64,000 nt of DNA. It comes from Yuukianura sp. NJ FZ-2021 (Eukaryota). The stretch lies in assembly GCA_046563655.1 (NCBI GenBank), contig CM102290.1, positions 14,694,001 through 14,758,000 of the forward strand, given 5' to 3'. A program made the translations under genes and the position numbers. Below the pieces are notes generated by a model, which ran no database searches, had not been told where the DNA came from, and saw only the letters and a program-made list of their open reading frames with translations. Below, in pieces: positions 14,201-27,381 of the stretch. Positions within the stretch are counted from its first letter, which is position 1, and each line of letters starts with the position of its first letter.

Positions 14201-14965
14201 TTAAATTAAAAATTTAAAAAGAGAGAGCGAGAGATGGGGCAAAATTGCAAAACCTTTATTGCTTTATTCCAAAAACTGCGGAAAAAAGATTAGATAAAAA
14301 AATCGACTGGAGAATTTGCTGGTTTTGTGCTGATTTTGAAAGAAATGAAAACATGAAAGGAGGTTTCTCGTACGAAAAGGCTGGAAAAAGCTCATCGATT
14401 ACAAGATGGGTAAACAAGTTTTAATATTTAACAAAGGCTTTAAGGTAAACAGAAAAGAAAATCAGTTTTTAATGAGTTGTAAACAAAATAATTGGAGGAA
14501 AAGTTTAAAAAAAATTGAAAAGTCTTTTGAAAGTTTATATTCAGACTTGTAAGTTGAGCTGTGTATTGTTTCCCTAAATAGTGCTTTCGAGAATTCAAAT
14601 TTAAAAAAAAAAAGTTGTTTTTAGACATCGAGTTTTGTAAATTATCATTTTGCCGGCGCTAGTGTAATCAAAACCCAAATTTGTTTTGTAATTTATGATA
14701 ACCGTGTGGGTTTCAGTTTCAGAACGAAGGTGTTAGGTGTTTCTAAATTCAAAGAGCTTCCAAAATTTCAAAATTTTGAAAAAATCAATAAAGTTATAAA
14801 TTAGCTCACTTTCCTATTTTATGTACAAACGGAGGAGACAGAAAGAGTTAATTAGGAAAATGATGCCATGAACATTTTCCTTGTTTACACTTTCAGAAAT
14901 TGGAGTCGTTCCTGTCAGTTTCAGGAAAAGCTTAATTAGACTTGGAGCGAAACCGAAGTTAGCAT

Positions 14966-17900
14966 ATGGAGGAGTTGAGGTCAACGACCTTTGGGCCCTT
15001 CGAGGTCACGGGGTCAACTCCGAACAGTTCCGAAGTGTACCCGAACACAACTGGGCCTGATCGGGGGGACTTGATCATTCACAATCGCGGGGTTCAAGCT
15101 ATTTTTTCCATCGTCTACTGCTGCATCTTCGTTCTCGGCCTCTTCGGAAACGTACTTGTTTGTTATGTCGTCGGAAGGAACAAGACTATGCAAACGGTAA
15201 GTAGTTGATAGAATTAACAGACGTGCCACAAATATTTTATAAAAAAAAATTAAATATTAAATATTTTTATTAAAGAACCTTAGAATATTTAGTTATTCAA
15301 CATTGATGGCATGAAAAAATCAATAATTATTTAATAATTATGTAAAAGGTAGGAACATGACAGAATTATCAGACGTGGCACAAATATTTTATGGAAATAT
15401 TATAATATTGGATATTTTGATTAAATTAGCTCGAGATATTTAGTTATTGAACAACACTGACTGAGAGTTGAGGAAATTAATAAATATTTAGTCATTAGGT
15501 TAATATTTAGTCATAATTTATTAAATTTAAATATTTGTGCCATGTCTGATAACTATTTAATTTAATTTTAAGTTACCACAACTAACGTGGTTTAGAAATT
15601 GAAACGCAGGTAGTTTTTTAAAAAGGAATTTTTTGTTGATTTTCTCTCTTTAGTTTCTCTTTTTTTTGTGTACATTTTTGCTTAAATTAATTTTTTTTTG
15701 TTTAGAAAAAGTTCGTTTCGTTTCAGATTTTTTCTGGGAATGGAAACAAGTTTGCATCGGAATTTCAAAAAAGTTTTTGTTTAAAAAACTTCGTTTTCCT
15801 TTTTTCATTCCATTTTCATTGCGGTTCATTTGAATTCAATGGACACGTCTTTTCACCGCCTTCGGCAACTTTTTAAAAAGAGGCTGTCAAAATCTGTACT
15901 AAAAAGAAATCTTGGGTAACGAAATTGAAAACTTTTCTGTTTTTCTTTTATCTTTTTCAAAAAAATGAAAGTTCGAAATACAGTATAACGGCATATGTCA
16001 CTCTTTTTGTCTTGGTTAAGTAAAATAGATTACATATATAACTTTTTGAAATAAAGCAAACTGCCATGCCATTTCAGTTTTTGAAAATTCCCGCCGTGTC
16101 TGAGGATAGAAAAGTTAGTGGCGTTTTAAATTTTGATCTCAAAATAAAAATGTAACCAAGAACGTGACACGGTTCATCCAAAATGATAAAAAAAACGCAC
16201 ACATGAAGAAAAATCCGTTTTTTGAAAAATTCATGACACGAACTCGGAGAAGCTTGAAGCTTATGAGAGTTTCTGAATACAAATCAGTGTGGTTTGAACT
16301 TTTAAAAAAAATTTTGCTAAAAAAAACTTCGTTTTTTAAACGACCTGTCTCAACTCGTTTCTGATTTTGAAAACTGCTATCCTAAGGGTTAGGAAACATA
16401 AAAAATCGTTGGTTGATTTTTTTGCTTGGGAAATCAAACTTTGTTGAAAGGTGAGCAGAATTTTCAAAAAAGAGAAAAAAGTCAATTAGATTTCTTTTTT
16501 TCTCACAACTTTTTTTAAAAAGTTGCTTTTCATAACTTTAAACAAATTAGATTACGTTGTGTCTCGCGTTAAAGCTATTTAGGCATTTTCCGTTTTTTGA
16601 ACTACGAATGGAAAAAAAATAATTTTTTTTTGTGGCGGGAAGTTTGAACGAAGGTTCCTTGACGACGAAAAGTTAAATTTCTTTAGTAGGTTGGGCACTA
16701 CCTCGCTTGTTGACAGAAAAACAAAATAACAAAACAAAAATTGGTACCAATTTTTGCACCAATCCGAAAAATTGATACTAATTCATATCCAAAATTTAAA
16801 AAATTTGTATACTTATGACTACTATGCCCTGAAATGAAACGACACTTTTCTTTTGCAACATCAAAAAACATGAGATATTACCCAACGTGTTAGAGAAAAT
16901 TAAGAAACAAACCTTGGTTTGAACCATCGTTTGTCATGGTTGACTTTTACGAGACGTGGTTAACTGTGACACTTAAATCTTGAGATTATTTAGACGTAAG
17001 GTTTCCATATGGTTGCATAAAACAATTTATTGTTAGGCTAGGTTGCAAAATCTAATGGATTAGTAGGTTTAGTTGCACAACCTAGTTTATTGTTAGGTTA
17101 TATTTCAAAAAAAATTATTCCGGGTGACTTTTGATCTATAAAGAAAGTGAGAATCGTGCCTCTGACCCAAAAAGCTCAGAAAAGCACTTATACCACCCGA
17201 CTGCTTTCCAAAGGAATTCTTTTATGTGTTTTAATTACGAGTTCCCAAGCGCCGAATCTCTTCAAAGCTTCACACGCGTCATTAAAACACAAAGACTTTA
17301 TGTGTAATAAGACCTCGCTTTACGACTCCATCAAAATTTTTTCAAAAAATTGCTTGAACGCGCCAAAAGCGCGAGTTCTTCGTGTTTTTTTTTATTTCTT
17401 TCCAGTTTAGTTACTTTGAAGAGAAAGTCAAACAAAGTTCTTATGACTTTCAAATTAGAGAACAAACACGGCGACAACAAAAAGTTAACGTTTTTTTGGG
17501 GAGTGAAACAAAGAAAAAAAAGCGCGAAACTTTGAAAAACTTTTTTCAACATGAAAGTGTCGAAACTCTTCCGCACTTTTTTTTCTCTTTCCGTGTCTTA
17601 CTTCTCAAGAACAAACAGAAAGTGACAAGTTTACACCAAAAACAACCCCATTTTCCCCGCCCCCACTTTTGCAAGTTTAATGTCCCTCCGTGCATGTAAT
17701 CAAGAGCTTAAGGACGACATCACAAGCGACATGTCGCCAAATGTCGCTTTCCCACAAAATCCGTGTTTGCCCTCTCCATTTCTTTCCCACAGTCACACGA
17801 CTATTTGGTGAAAGTTAATTTTTCAAATTCCGGTGTTTATTTTCTAATCAATGACATTTTCAAAAAAGAAAGTTTTTAAAAAGAAAGTTTTAGGTTTTGG

Positions 17901-20900
17901 GAATGGATTAGTTTTGATTAACTTTTTGTTTTTTGGGAGTTAGGAAGAGTTTTCTAGGAATAAATCAAAGTCGGCATTCCTTTTTTTTTGTTCTTTGACG
18001 CTAAGTGGAATCGAACTGGCAACTGTTCCTACCTGCCAACTTGCACTTTGTTCTGATTAGGCAGTTAATTATTAAGAAAGTGGAGTGTCAATTAGACTAA
18101 TTGCTCTGATTAACTTTTATCCAAGGTAACCAATCTCTTCATTACAAACTTGGCTCTGTCTGACATTCTTCTTCTGTCACTCGCCGTCCCCTTTACGCCC
18201 ATCTACACCTTCATCCAGGAGTGGATCTTCGGCAAAGCACTGTGTCACTTGGTCCTCTACGCCCAAGGCACGAGTGTCTACATTTCAACACTGGTAACAC
18301 AATTTCCACCAAGGTTTCTATAGCAACGAAATAGTTTTCCTTCAACAGGTTTGGCAATAAGTCCTCATTACGAAAAATCCCGCCCGAACAATTTTTTCCG
18401 CCAATCTAATTTGATTACATATAAATCCTTGCCATAGGAAGGCACGGTGAAGCACGTTTTGCTATTTTTTAACAAAATTTAAAAGTTGGAGTTATTACCT
18501 AACCTTTTGAAGAAAAAACTATTTTCTTGTTTACGAACCTTGATTTCCACAGTTGTTTTGAAAAATTTTGAAAACTAAAATTTCTGAATTTTTTGAAGAC
18601 CCTGACGTCCATTGCGATTGACCGGTTCAGACTGATCATCTCTCCATTCAAACCGCGCATGAAACAGGAAACATGTTTCTACATCATCACTGGTATTTGG
18701 CTCTTTTCACTTCTAGCAACGCTCCCTTACGGTGTCTTCCTCAGTCACGAAGAAATGGAACTCCAAACGAATCCAGAACACACGAAATGGGTGTGCCAAG
18801 AGGTAAGAATAATGTAAACAAGGTAAATCAAGTGAAAAAAAAATTTGATCACGGAGGATTCGAACCTATAACCCCCAAAATCCACTCCGGTGCTTTCACC
18901 ACTGAGCTGGTTTGCTCGGATTAAGTTTTTTGGTGTTTTGAACTCCTCTGACACATGGTATGCATAAAATAGGGCTAGAGTAGAGGTATTCGGAGTAGAA
19001 GGGGATTAGATGTGGTTTAAAATGTCGTTTCCCGTGGAGACGAAAGCAGCAGGAGTAAAAGGTAGGAAACAATTCGGTACTTAATTAAGTAGGAGGAGAG
19101 ATAGCATCTGAGCAGCTCTTCTATTAATGTCTAAAGACTAAAAACAAAAGGTAAACAAAGGGAATATAAGATGAGGAGGGAGATTAGCTCCTTCGCAGCC
19201 TCTCTGGTCCATGGAGATAGAAAGCATGGTTAAGCTCATTATCCCACATCAACTTTGTTAACTTCAAATTTCAACCTAACATAACTTTCAACTCCGAATT
19301 TCACCTTAGGCTTAAGCCTTGTGCACACCTTTAGTCACGGTGGGCACATTTTTGAAAAAATGTTCGTGGAATTTTTTTCTCCACTTTCACACTGTGCACA
19401 AATGTCTTCTGTCTCCAGAAAATCCTCGGAGCACGACAGACAAAAGACATTTTTCATTTTTTCATTATGGTTCATCAACTTTCTTTTTTTCAAAATTTTG
19501 AAACTAAACCGGAAATTATGAAGCATCTACTCAACATGAGTTTATGTTCAAACTGACGCACAAGGTGTATTAGAAATTTCAAATTTTCTGTTTTCTAACT
19601 CTTTTGTCTCGTGTTTTCCTTTTCCCCGAAATTCCAAAGTTTGAACGTAGTTTACAATTTGGAGTTTGTTCGATTTGTTTGAAATTTTGAAAAAGCGGAA
19701 GTTTTGGAGCACTTAGACGGATTACAGAGTTGAATAATTTTGGAAGTGAGGTTTTTGTTGAAATTGTGTGTTTTTGGGAAGTTTGTGATGCTTTAGTCCA
19801 TTGTTCCTTTGGAGAAGGAGCAGTAAACACTTGAAGTATTTTAAGCAGAGGATCAATATCCTATTTAATGTGGACTTTCTCCACTTTCTCTCCAGCACAC
19901 AAAAGAATGGAAACAAACCTAACTTTACAAAGCCTAACTTCTTCTGCTAAAATGTTATCCTATTTCCTACATCTTCCATCTCCATTTTGTCCAATTTTTG
20001 TCACTACTCGCCTGTTTGCTCAAACACAATGTGTGCACAGATTTAGTTGTGAATAAGGCTTTAAAGTCACAAAAGTTGCACAAAAGTTTAACTCATTCTT
20101 GCATTTTTTTAAAAATAATATTTTATTTATTATACTACTATAATATACAAGGTGGATAAACAAAGAAGTACTTTTTCTTTAACAGGTTAGGCAATAACAT
20201 GAGTTTTATAACTTGCGGTTGGCATGGTAAATAAAATACTAGAACTGTAAAAAAGGTAGAAAAAATTGTTTTTCTCAAGAATATTCGAACACAGGACTTA
20301 TTGCCTAACCTGTTAAAGGAAAACTATTTCGTTGCTATAGCAACCTTGTATAATATATTATAATTTAACAGTTTCTTAGTTCACAGAATTTACACTGGTG
20401 GTTTAAATTGTGCACGATTTTGTGCAATTCTGAGTAGATTTGTGCACCGGTCTTTACCAGAAATATTTTGAAGAATGAAAAATTTCATGTGCTTAAAATA
20501 TATGCATGTGATTAAAATCGATTAAAACAAAAACGGAGGCGAGTTCTATCCATGCTATTACGAAATCTGGATTGCCCATTACTTAAAGCTAACCACGAAA
20601 ACCAAAGAGGAAATGGAAGCCTATAACTTTTAAGTGAAACTCAGCGGGAGAATTTGAACAATTTCTAAATTTTGCAATTATTTACAAACTTTTAGCAAGA
20701 AAATGTACTACAGCAGTGTAGAAACTAAAATGGCGAAGAAAGAGTCCAACGGAAGTGTTAGTACTGGAAGTTTTTCGGTATACTTGCAAGTAGTTTTTAG
20801 CAGCGAAACAGGATTTGACAGGGTGACATTATCCCCACAACGAACAAACTTTCCCTTTTTTGTTTAAATGAACTGTCACAAAAGTTTTGGATAGTTACGC

Positions 20901-23900
20901 GCGGAAAGCGCGACTTAGCCGTATACGGCCATTTCATTATTTATTACATTACCGAAGCGTGTTATTACTTCGTAGCCCCCCCCCCTTAACTATGCTTATC
21001 TCTTACCCCCCCCCCCATCTCCAAGCCCTCCCCCCCCCCTGGATGTGCGGAAAATTCAAATGAACTGGGAAACATTTAGGGAAAAGTGGAAAGCGGAGCT
21101 TGAGCACGTCTTATTTGATTTTGATTGATGCGCCACCAGGAGTCATGCCTTGACTCCTGAGAGTCTCACTTTTTGAGTCGAGTGAGTCAGTGTGACTCAT
21201 CTGACTCATTTGAGTCAAGCTTAAGAGACTCTAATTGAGACAATGCAGTTGAGTTTAAGGGGGGGGGGTATATTCTGACTTAACCCTCATCCCCCCCCTC
21301 TTCCTCCAGACGTGCCATGCTAACTAATTGTGGGAAAAGATAAAATCAATTGTCAAACTAACTTGTAACTACAAAAATCACTCAAGAGGAGTCCGTGCTA
21401 CGCTTCCAAAATGAAGGTTTCTATTCTACTTTTTACGCACTTTAAAAAAAGCACTTCAAAATCCTACCCTTTTTTTGAAATTTGGAACATTCGTACATTT
21501 AATAATTTCAAGAATTAAATTAAAACAAAGATTCACTTTTAAGTTCCACTCTCATTTTTTATATGGTGAAAGTTTTTGAATAAAAAAACCCGGTTTTGAG
21601 CAATTCATGCATACAACGCCCGTGTGACTTATTTTTTTTTGAAAAACTGAAATTTTGATCACAATTTTTTGCTTTCTCTTTCTTTCAGGCATGGCCTTCA
21701 GAAGAAATTCGACAAGTTTTCAGTTGGTGTACTGCAGTTACTCAGTTTGTTATTCCATTTGCCATAATTTCCTTTTGCTACATTCGAGTGAGCCTCAAAC
21801 TGTCGTCTCGTGCCAAATTCAAACCAGGATCAAAAAATAGTAAAAAGGAAGAATTGGAAAAAGAGCGGAAAAGAAGAACAAATCGAATGCTTATCGCTGT
21901 AAGACATAAAATCCAAAAATTTTACATAATTTATGATTTTCTTCTTTTTTCACCCAATTTTGAGAAATATGACAATATGGCTTTGTTCAAATAAAAAACA
22001 CCGAATTGATTCTGTTTTTGTGTTGTTTCAGATGGTAGCATTCTTTGGTTTTTCTTGGTAAGTCAAAAAAGTCTCAACTTTCTCCACTTTTCACAAAATA
22101 AATTATGGGGGGAAAAGATTTGCAAAAAGAAAAGAGATCTCCACAGAATTTTCTTTTTTTTTGGATAACTTTTTTGATGTTTTTGTGTTTTGAAAAAAAG
22201 AAATAAAGTTGTTATGAGGATTGACTAAGGTAACTTTTCCGAAGCGTCAAAATCCTCCTCCCTCCGGTTCACTCTTGGGAGGAGGAGGATGCAGTTGGAG
22301 GAGGAGGAGGAGGAGGAGGGGGGAGGAAATGATGGTAATTTTTATGAGTTTGGATTTGGACATAACAACAACGTCGCAGAAGATGAGTTTTGTAGGAAGC
22401 AAATAAGGATTTGATGGTTCAGGGTTTACACTGAAATCGAATGACTAAAAAAAGCAGTAAGTGAGAACTCATGTTTCAACGGGAGAAAGGTTTAAAAGTT
22501 GGCGCCTTTTAAGCGCTTTCACCAAAAAGTGCGCCAAAAGTTGAGAGGGAACGATTTTATGGAACCTACTGATGATTAGAGACTCATTTGAAACCAAAGG
22601 CAGAGATCCGGTTCATACCGGTTCGAAACGAACTCTGTCCTTACCGGGGAAAAATTCGAAAAATGTTGAACTGCATTGTCGGTAGTTTACCGGTTTAGCG
22701 AAATTGACCATGACCTATAACTTTCCCAAGTTAGTGCTGAGCCAAACACCGGATTAATTTAACTTATTACATTTCATTTGAAAAGTACCGGTTTGACGTC
22801 GTACCGTTTCGCAATGCGAAATTTGTACTCTGACTTGTGCTACTTTGAAACCGTCGTTTTATTTTTTACTGAGAAATTGAAGCAACTTGGTAGAAAATTT
22901 TCATAGTATCGGTAAATGTTATAAAAATCCGTACCGTTCCGGTTCCGAACCGGTTTCATAACTATGTATAGGACCATAAATGTTGAAGGATTTCCTTTAC
23001 GACTCTGAAGCTTTAGTGGTAACCGGATGAAGAGTAAATAAAGGTTGGTTCGATTAATGAACTCGTAAAATGGAGTTTCGGCGGAAGGATTTAAAATCCA
23101 CGTCCTCATATCTTGCCCACCGAAATCAAAGGGCTCCTACTACTATAAGACCCCATTTAATGCTTCTCGCAAAGTTTTTGAAAGCGGGAGATGAAAGTGC
23201 AGAGGGAAGTTTTGAATGTGACAAAAAGTAGGATAGAGTGTAGAGTTGCGGAATTAAATTCGTTTCATTTGAGCTCATTATTTCCATCCGTCTAATTAGA
23301 TAGAAGGGCCAAATTGGAAATGTCAAAAGCTTTTCTCCTTCTTTTCCCTCACTCAAGCAGCATGGAAGGTCAACTCAAATCTCTCTGCGCAGAAATAAAC
23401 AGGGTTCACGGTTGGGCGGAAACCCATGCATGGGTACCCGCCATCTTCAATTTCTTTGCAAATTGGTCAGGCGGGAGTAATTTCCTTTAAGAGCTTAATT
23501 TTTGTGTAGAATACCCATGGGTTTTACGAAGCCAAAGAAAAATTGACCCGCGGGTACCTAAAAGGGTATCTCAAGATACTCCTAATAAGAGTAAGGGTAT
23601 GCTAACTTCTTGGCAAGGTATTTCAACCAGGATGTATCCATGGGGGCTAACTCGGAGTGTGGAACTAGTATGTACCCATATGGGTACCTCCAGATAGCAT
23701 TATCGCATAGGTATATTTTCGAAGCATGGTACCCAATTTTGTCACTGAGTTTTTCAATATGTACCCATATGGGCATTCGCAAAAATTATGTATTTCAACG
23801 CGTGTATTACTAAACTTTCAACGCGTAATACTAACTGCCCAAGGGTACAAGGTTAATTTTTTGAGAAAGGTACCAGGGGGTACTAGGATATAGTTCTGTA

Positions 23901-26290
23901 CCCATTCGGTGCCCATGCATATGGGTACCCATATGGGTACATGTCATGTTAGGCCCTTCCTTACCCTGCCTGGGCATTATGTGGAGCTGAGATTTCCAGA
24001 GGAAATTAAAGTGTATGTGTTTTGGGGCGAGTGAAGTCTCATTCTCAGCCTCTCAAGGAAGAAACAAAAGTTTTTTAATCCTTCCCGGGCTTCTTTTCCG
24101 CCGAACCATCATCACGCCCATCCAATGTCTTCACTAATGGTCACAAATCACAAACTTTGGGTTAACCCAACAAACTTTGTGCTGGGTTAGTTACATCCCC
24201 GAGGTCACTCAAACCTAAGCCACTTCAGGTCAACTTCTGCTTTCACTTCTTCTCCATCTAAACTTAATTTTCCATCTCTTCCTTTGAATAACACACAATA
24301 CGGATCAATTTCACTTCCCCCGCGGGAAAATTAAATTAAAACCCAAATGCACAAATCCTGGCAGAGATGCCTAGTCTAACATTTTGGAAAAACATAACCT
24401 GAAACTCAAGCCTAATCCCACTCATCTTCCTTTTCTCCTCTCCAGAGCATGGTTTAATCCAATGAAAGAGAAAGTGGTGGTGGAGTAGCTAAAGTGCACG
24501 CATCAAAATTTGAATTTTCCTTCATTCGTATTAAAAAGAGCAGGTTGCAAGGACTTAGGAACAGAACCAGACAAAATTTAAATTTTCCCGCTAAAAAGCA
24601 TTAGGTTATGAACCATACCACTTTGGATTATTACAGTTAAAACTTAAAAGTCGTACAGACAAGAGCACACCATTTAATTAAGCCGCTTTTAGGCACAAAA
24701 ACCAAAAAAAGTTTTCGAAATATTTCTATTTTTGAATAGAAAGGGCGGGATAACGGAAAAGTTAAATTTCCATTTCAAAAAACGAAACTCATGTTCATTA
24801 TCGCTCTTGTATTTGCAGAGTTTAGTCTAGGACAAGGTTGTTTAAATGGAAATTTTGTTTATTTTTTCTTAATAGGTTATACCATAACTCATTTTTTCTA
24901 ATTTTTTGAACTTCACATCTGACGCGGCTCTGTTGCTTTAGCAATTCGAAATCAAAATTATGACTCAACAACATGAAAACTAAAAATATTCAAAAGATTG
25001 TTGTGACAACAAATAAAATTGGTTTAAAACTTATTTTGTGATTTAAAAAAAAATCTGTGTTATGGCATAACCTGTTAGAGCATTTGTATAAATGGGCGCT
25101 AGACAACCTTGGTCTAACCTAAATTCAAGTCCATAACGGTTCTAACTTCTTCTGATTTAGTGCTAATCAACTTTAATTAAATTTTAAGCGACGACGGGAA
25201 CCAATTTTACGACCAAAAGTTGTGCACTTAAGAGCCCTTTCCCCATGATTACAAACTCCACATAATCATAATACGCCTTCATCTTGACTCAACTATGAAC
25301 ACACTAAATAGCATAATGTTATGCAACATTTTGAACCGTAATATACCATAACATAGGCTAAAAAGTAACATTGAATAACATTAACACGGTGCAACATAGG
25401 CTATATAAGTAAATGGAACGTAATTTAGTGATGTTGTAATATTTTAACAACGCTATTCTGAAGCAACGGAAATGAAATGAATCACAAAGTTTCTCAACTT
25501 ATTGCTGGAGTGGTTCCTATATTTAGGAAATTAGCAGTTTCAAAATTTCAAAAACTGGAAAAATCAAAATTTTGTTTTTTTGTGGAGGTTGCCGCTGAAC
25601 TTGGTGAACTTGTTGAATGACCTTAACCAAGGCGTTGGAGAGTGGACGTACTACAACCTATGTTTCTTCATTGCACATGCAGTAGCAATGACATCTACCT
25701 GCTACAACCCATTTTTAGTAAGTTAACAAAATCTGTTAAAAATTCGTTAGATGTAAAAATGTAAACAACTTAAAATAAACAGTGTAAACAACTAACATAA
25801 ACAATTTAAACATAGCGTGGACTACAAATCATGAATTTTGCCGTCAAAATGTTGCCGCCAAAGTCAAAATTTTGGAAATTTGACAGTAATGGCGTCAAAT
25901 TTGGTTTGTTTTCAGTATGCGTGGCTCAACGAGAACTTTCGGAAGGAGTTTAAGCAAGTTTTGAGTGGTGGGTGTTGCAGTTCCGTTAAAAACCCGAGTA
26001 CCGTTCGTCCGCGTCGGTTCTTATCCGAACGAACTTGCAATGGGAACGACACCGTGCAGGAGTCTTTCCTTGGCGTGACCTCTTCGCCTGTCCAGCCTTC
26101 TGGAAATGTCAAGGTCACGGGGGTCAAGGCCCCCCCACCAGCACTGGAAACTATCGAAGAACAAACGTCCAACTCCCAAGCACTTCCCAACGTCTCTGTC
26201 AACTACGAAGACGCCACTGCTCGCTTCTCCACCGCACCTACAACGAACCAAGTCCAAGTGCACATCGAAGAAGTTTCATCAAGCGCTTGA
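14966..26290 (+). CDS. sNPF-R: Class A neuropeptide GPCR, short neuropeptide F receptor / prolactin-releasing peptide receptor-like (~447 aa, 7 coding exons)
   Basis: In-frame exons with GT-AG boundaries: 14966-15196, 18126-18293, 18599-18802, 21689-21898, 22032-22057, 25588-25717, 25916-26290. Motifs GLFGNVLV (TM1), TNLFITNLALSD (TM2), IAIDRF (DRY-like), SWLPLN (TM6), [24 protein letters not shown] (TM7/helix 8, typical of the sNPF-R/NPY-type group). An acceptor at 14896 implies an upstream non-coding exon. Exact orthology is inferred. Confidence 0.9.
15370..15548. mobile_element. AT-rich MITE with TIR CAGACRTGGCACAAATATTT, preceded by a degenerate duplicate of its left part (15218-15369)
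   Basis: ~20-bp inverted repeat with 1 mismatch, flanks AGAATTAT/ATAACTAT. Lies just inside GPCR intron 1. Confidence 0.65.
16650..16916 (-). mobile_element. CAAGG-end MITE, subfamily A (reverse orientation), GPCR intron 1
   Basis: GAAGGTT...AACCTTG with perfect 8-bp TSD GTTTGAAC. Confidence 0.88.
18310..18542 (-). mobile_element. CAAGG-end MITE, subfamily B, GPCR intron 2
   Basis: CAAGGTT...AACCTTG with perfect 8-bp TSD ATTTCCAC. The left end closely matches the reverse complement of the right end of 20148-20348. Confidence 0.9.
18847..18917 (-). pseudogene. tRNA-like element, antisense in GPCR intron 3
   Basis: Minus strand CAGCTCAGTGGTGAAAGC...GGTTCGAATCC followed by a T run. Acceptor stem imperfect. 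Confidence 0.65.
20148..20348 (+). mobile_element. CAAGG-end MITE, subfamily B
   Basis: CAAGGT...ACCTTG, internal IR TTTAACAGGTTAGGCAATAA/TTATTGCCTAACCTGTTAAA, flanked by the direct repeat TATAATATA (9 bp, AT-rich so ambiguous). Confidence 0.88.
23400..23968. mobile_element. Probable degenerate hAT-like element rich in GGGTA/TACCC palindromes
   Basis: Bounded by CAGGGT...ACCCTG, with repeated GTACCCATATGGG(TAC) palindromes. No convincing TSD. Confidence 0.45.
24833..25111. mobile_element. CAAGG-end MITE, divergent member
   Basis: TIR CAAGGTTGT...ACAACCTTG, internal IR AGGTTATACCATAAC/GTTATGGCATAACCT, partial TSD GTCTAGGA/GTCTAACC. Confidence 0.8.
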
Positions 26291-26306
26291 AAAAGTTCAC
26301 AACCCA

Positions 26307-26578
26307 CAAGGTTCTTTGACAACGAAAAGAGAATTTTCTTTAACAGGTTGGGTACTACCACCGCTTATTGTTCACAAAAAACGGAAAAAAATTGGCACCA
26401 ATTTTTGTAGCAATCCAAAGGATGGTACCAATTCGTATGCAAAATTTAAAAACTCGACTGCATTGCTATGACTACGATGCCTCGAAACTGAAGGTTACTT
26501 TTTTGCAAAATCAAGGTTAGGTTAACAACTTGAGGTATTACCCAACCTGTTAAAGAAAATCAAAGTCACCAAACCTTG
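26307..26578 (-). mobile_element. CAAGG-end MITE, subfamily A, at the start of the GPCR 3' UTR
   Basis: CAAGGTT...AACCTTG, internal IR TTTTCTTTAACAGGTTGGGTA/TACCCAACCTGTTAAAGAAAA. Begins 17 bp after the stop codon. Confidence 0.88.
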
Positions 26579-27208
26579 CGCAACCGAAGTGAACTTGTTT
26601 TCGGTTGGTCTAGTTTTTTCCCTTTTCGCTTCTAACAATAAGTTTTGACAATGGCGTGAAAGTGTAAAAAATCATGAAACTGCTTTCTTCGGCGTTACTA
26701 ACTTTAAACATTTTGGATTTGAAAATTCTGAAATTTCAACGAGATTTAGACACTAACTGTTGGAATTTACATTTGCCAAAACTAAGTTAGCCTGATTAGG
26801 CTTACCCTACTTGTTAGGTTATAAAGACTAACTTAAAATTGTGACAAAATTTATCATTGTTATATCACAGTAGAGTTTTGAGTAAGCTAAATTGTTAAGT
26901 TGATGAAGTTGTTAGGTTATGGTGTAAACTAAGGACTGATTTTATAACGTTGAGTTAACATGGAGTGAGCTGTAGGGCTTGCGCTGAAAAATTTTGCGAA
27001 AGATTTGAGAAAGTGATATTACGTAACGATTAGCAACAATAGCTGGTGAAGGTCAGGCGTGTAGATGTCGCTATTGTAAAATGTGGGTGCTAAAATAAAC
27101 AATATTCGACAACAAAAACTTTACAATTTTTTCAGACTGTTTTTTGAAATTATTCCAAAATTTTTTAATCATTAGCGTTTTTGTATTCACGAGAACATGA
27201 GTGTTTTT

Positions 27209-27381
27209 CAAAGTGGATTAACAAAGAAATACTTTCTCTTTAAACTCACCAATTTAGAAATTTGTAGAAAAACGGGGAAATACAAACGGCAGAAAAAATT
27301 GTTTGGGGCGAGATTTTTTGAAAACAGGACTTACTGCCTAACCTGTTAAAGGAAAACTATTTCGTTGCTATAGCAACGTTG
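27209..27381 (+). mobile_element. CAAGG-end MITE, subfamily B, degenerate and internally deleted
   Basis: Left end CAAAGTGGATTAACAAAGAAATACTT resembles 20148. The right ~57 bp is nearly identical to 20292-20348. Confidence 0.75.

Noticed and set aside
417..14628. Numerous 60-140 aa ORFs in the first 15 kb
   Set aside because: F/K/L-rich translations of AT-rich DNA, many with non-ATG starts, with no recognisable domain or exon chain.
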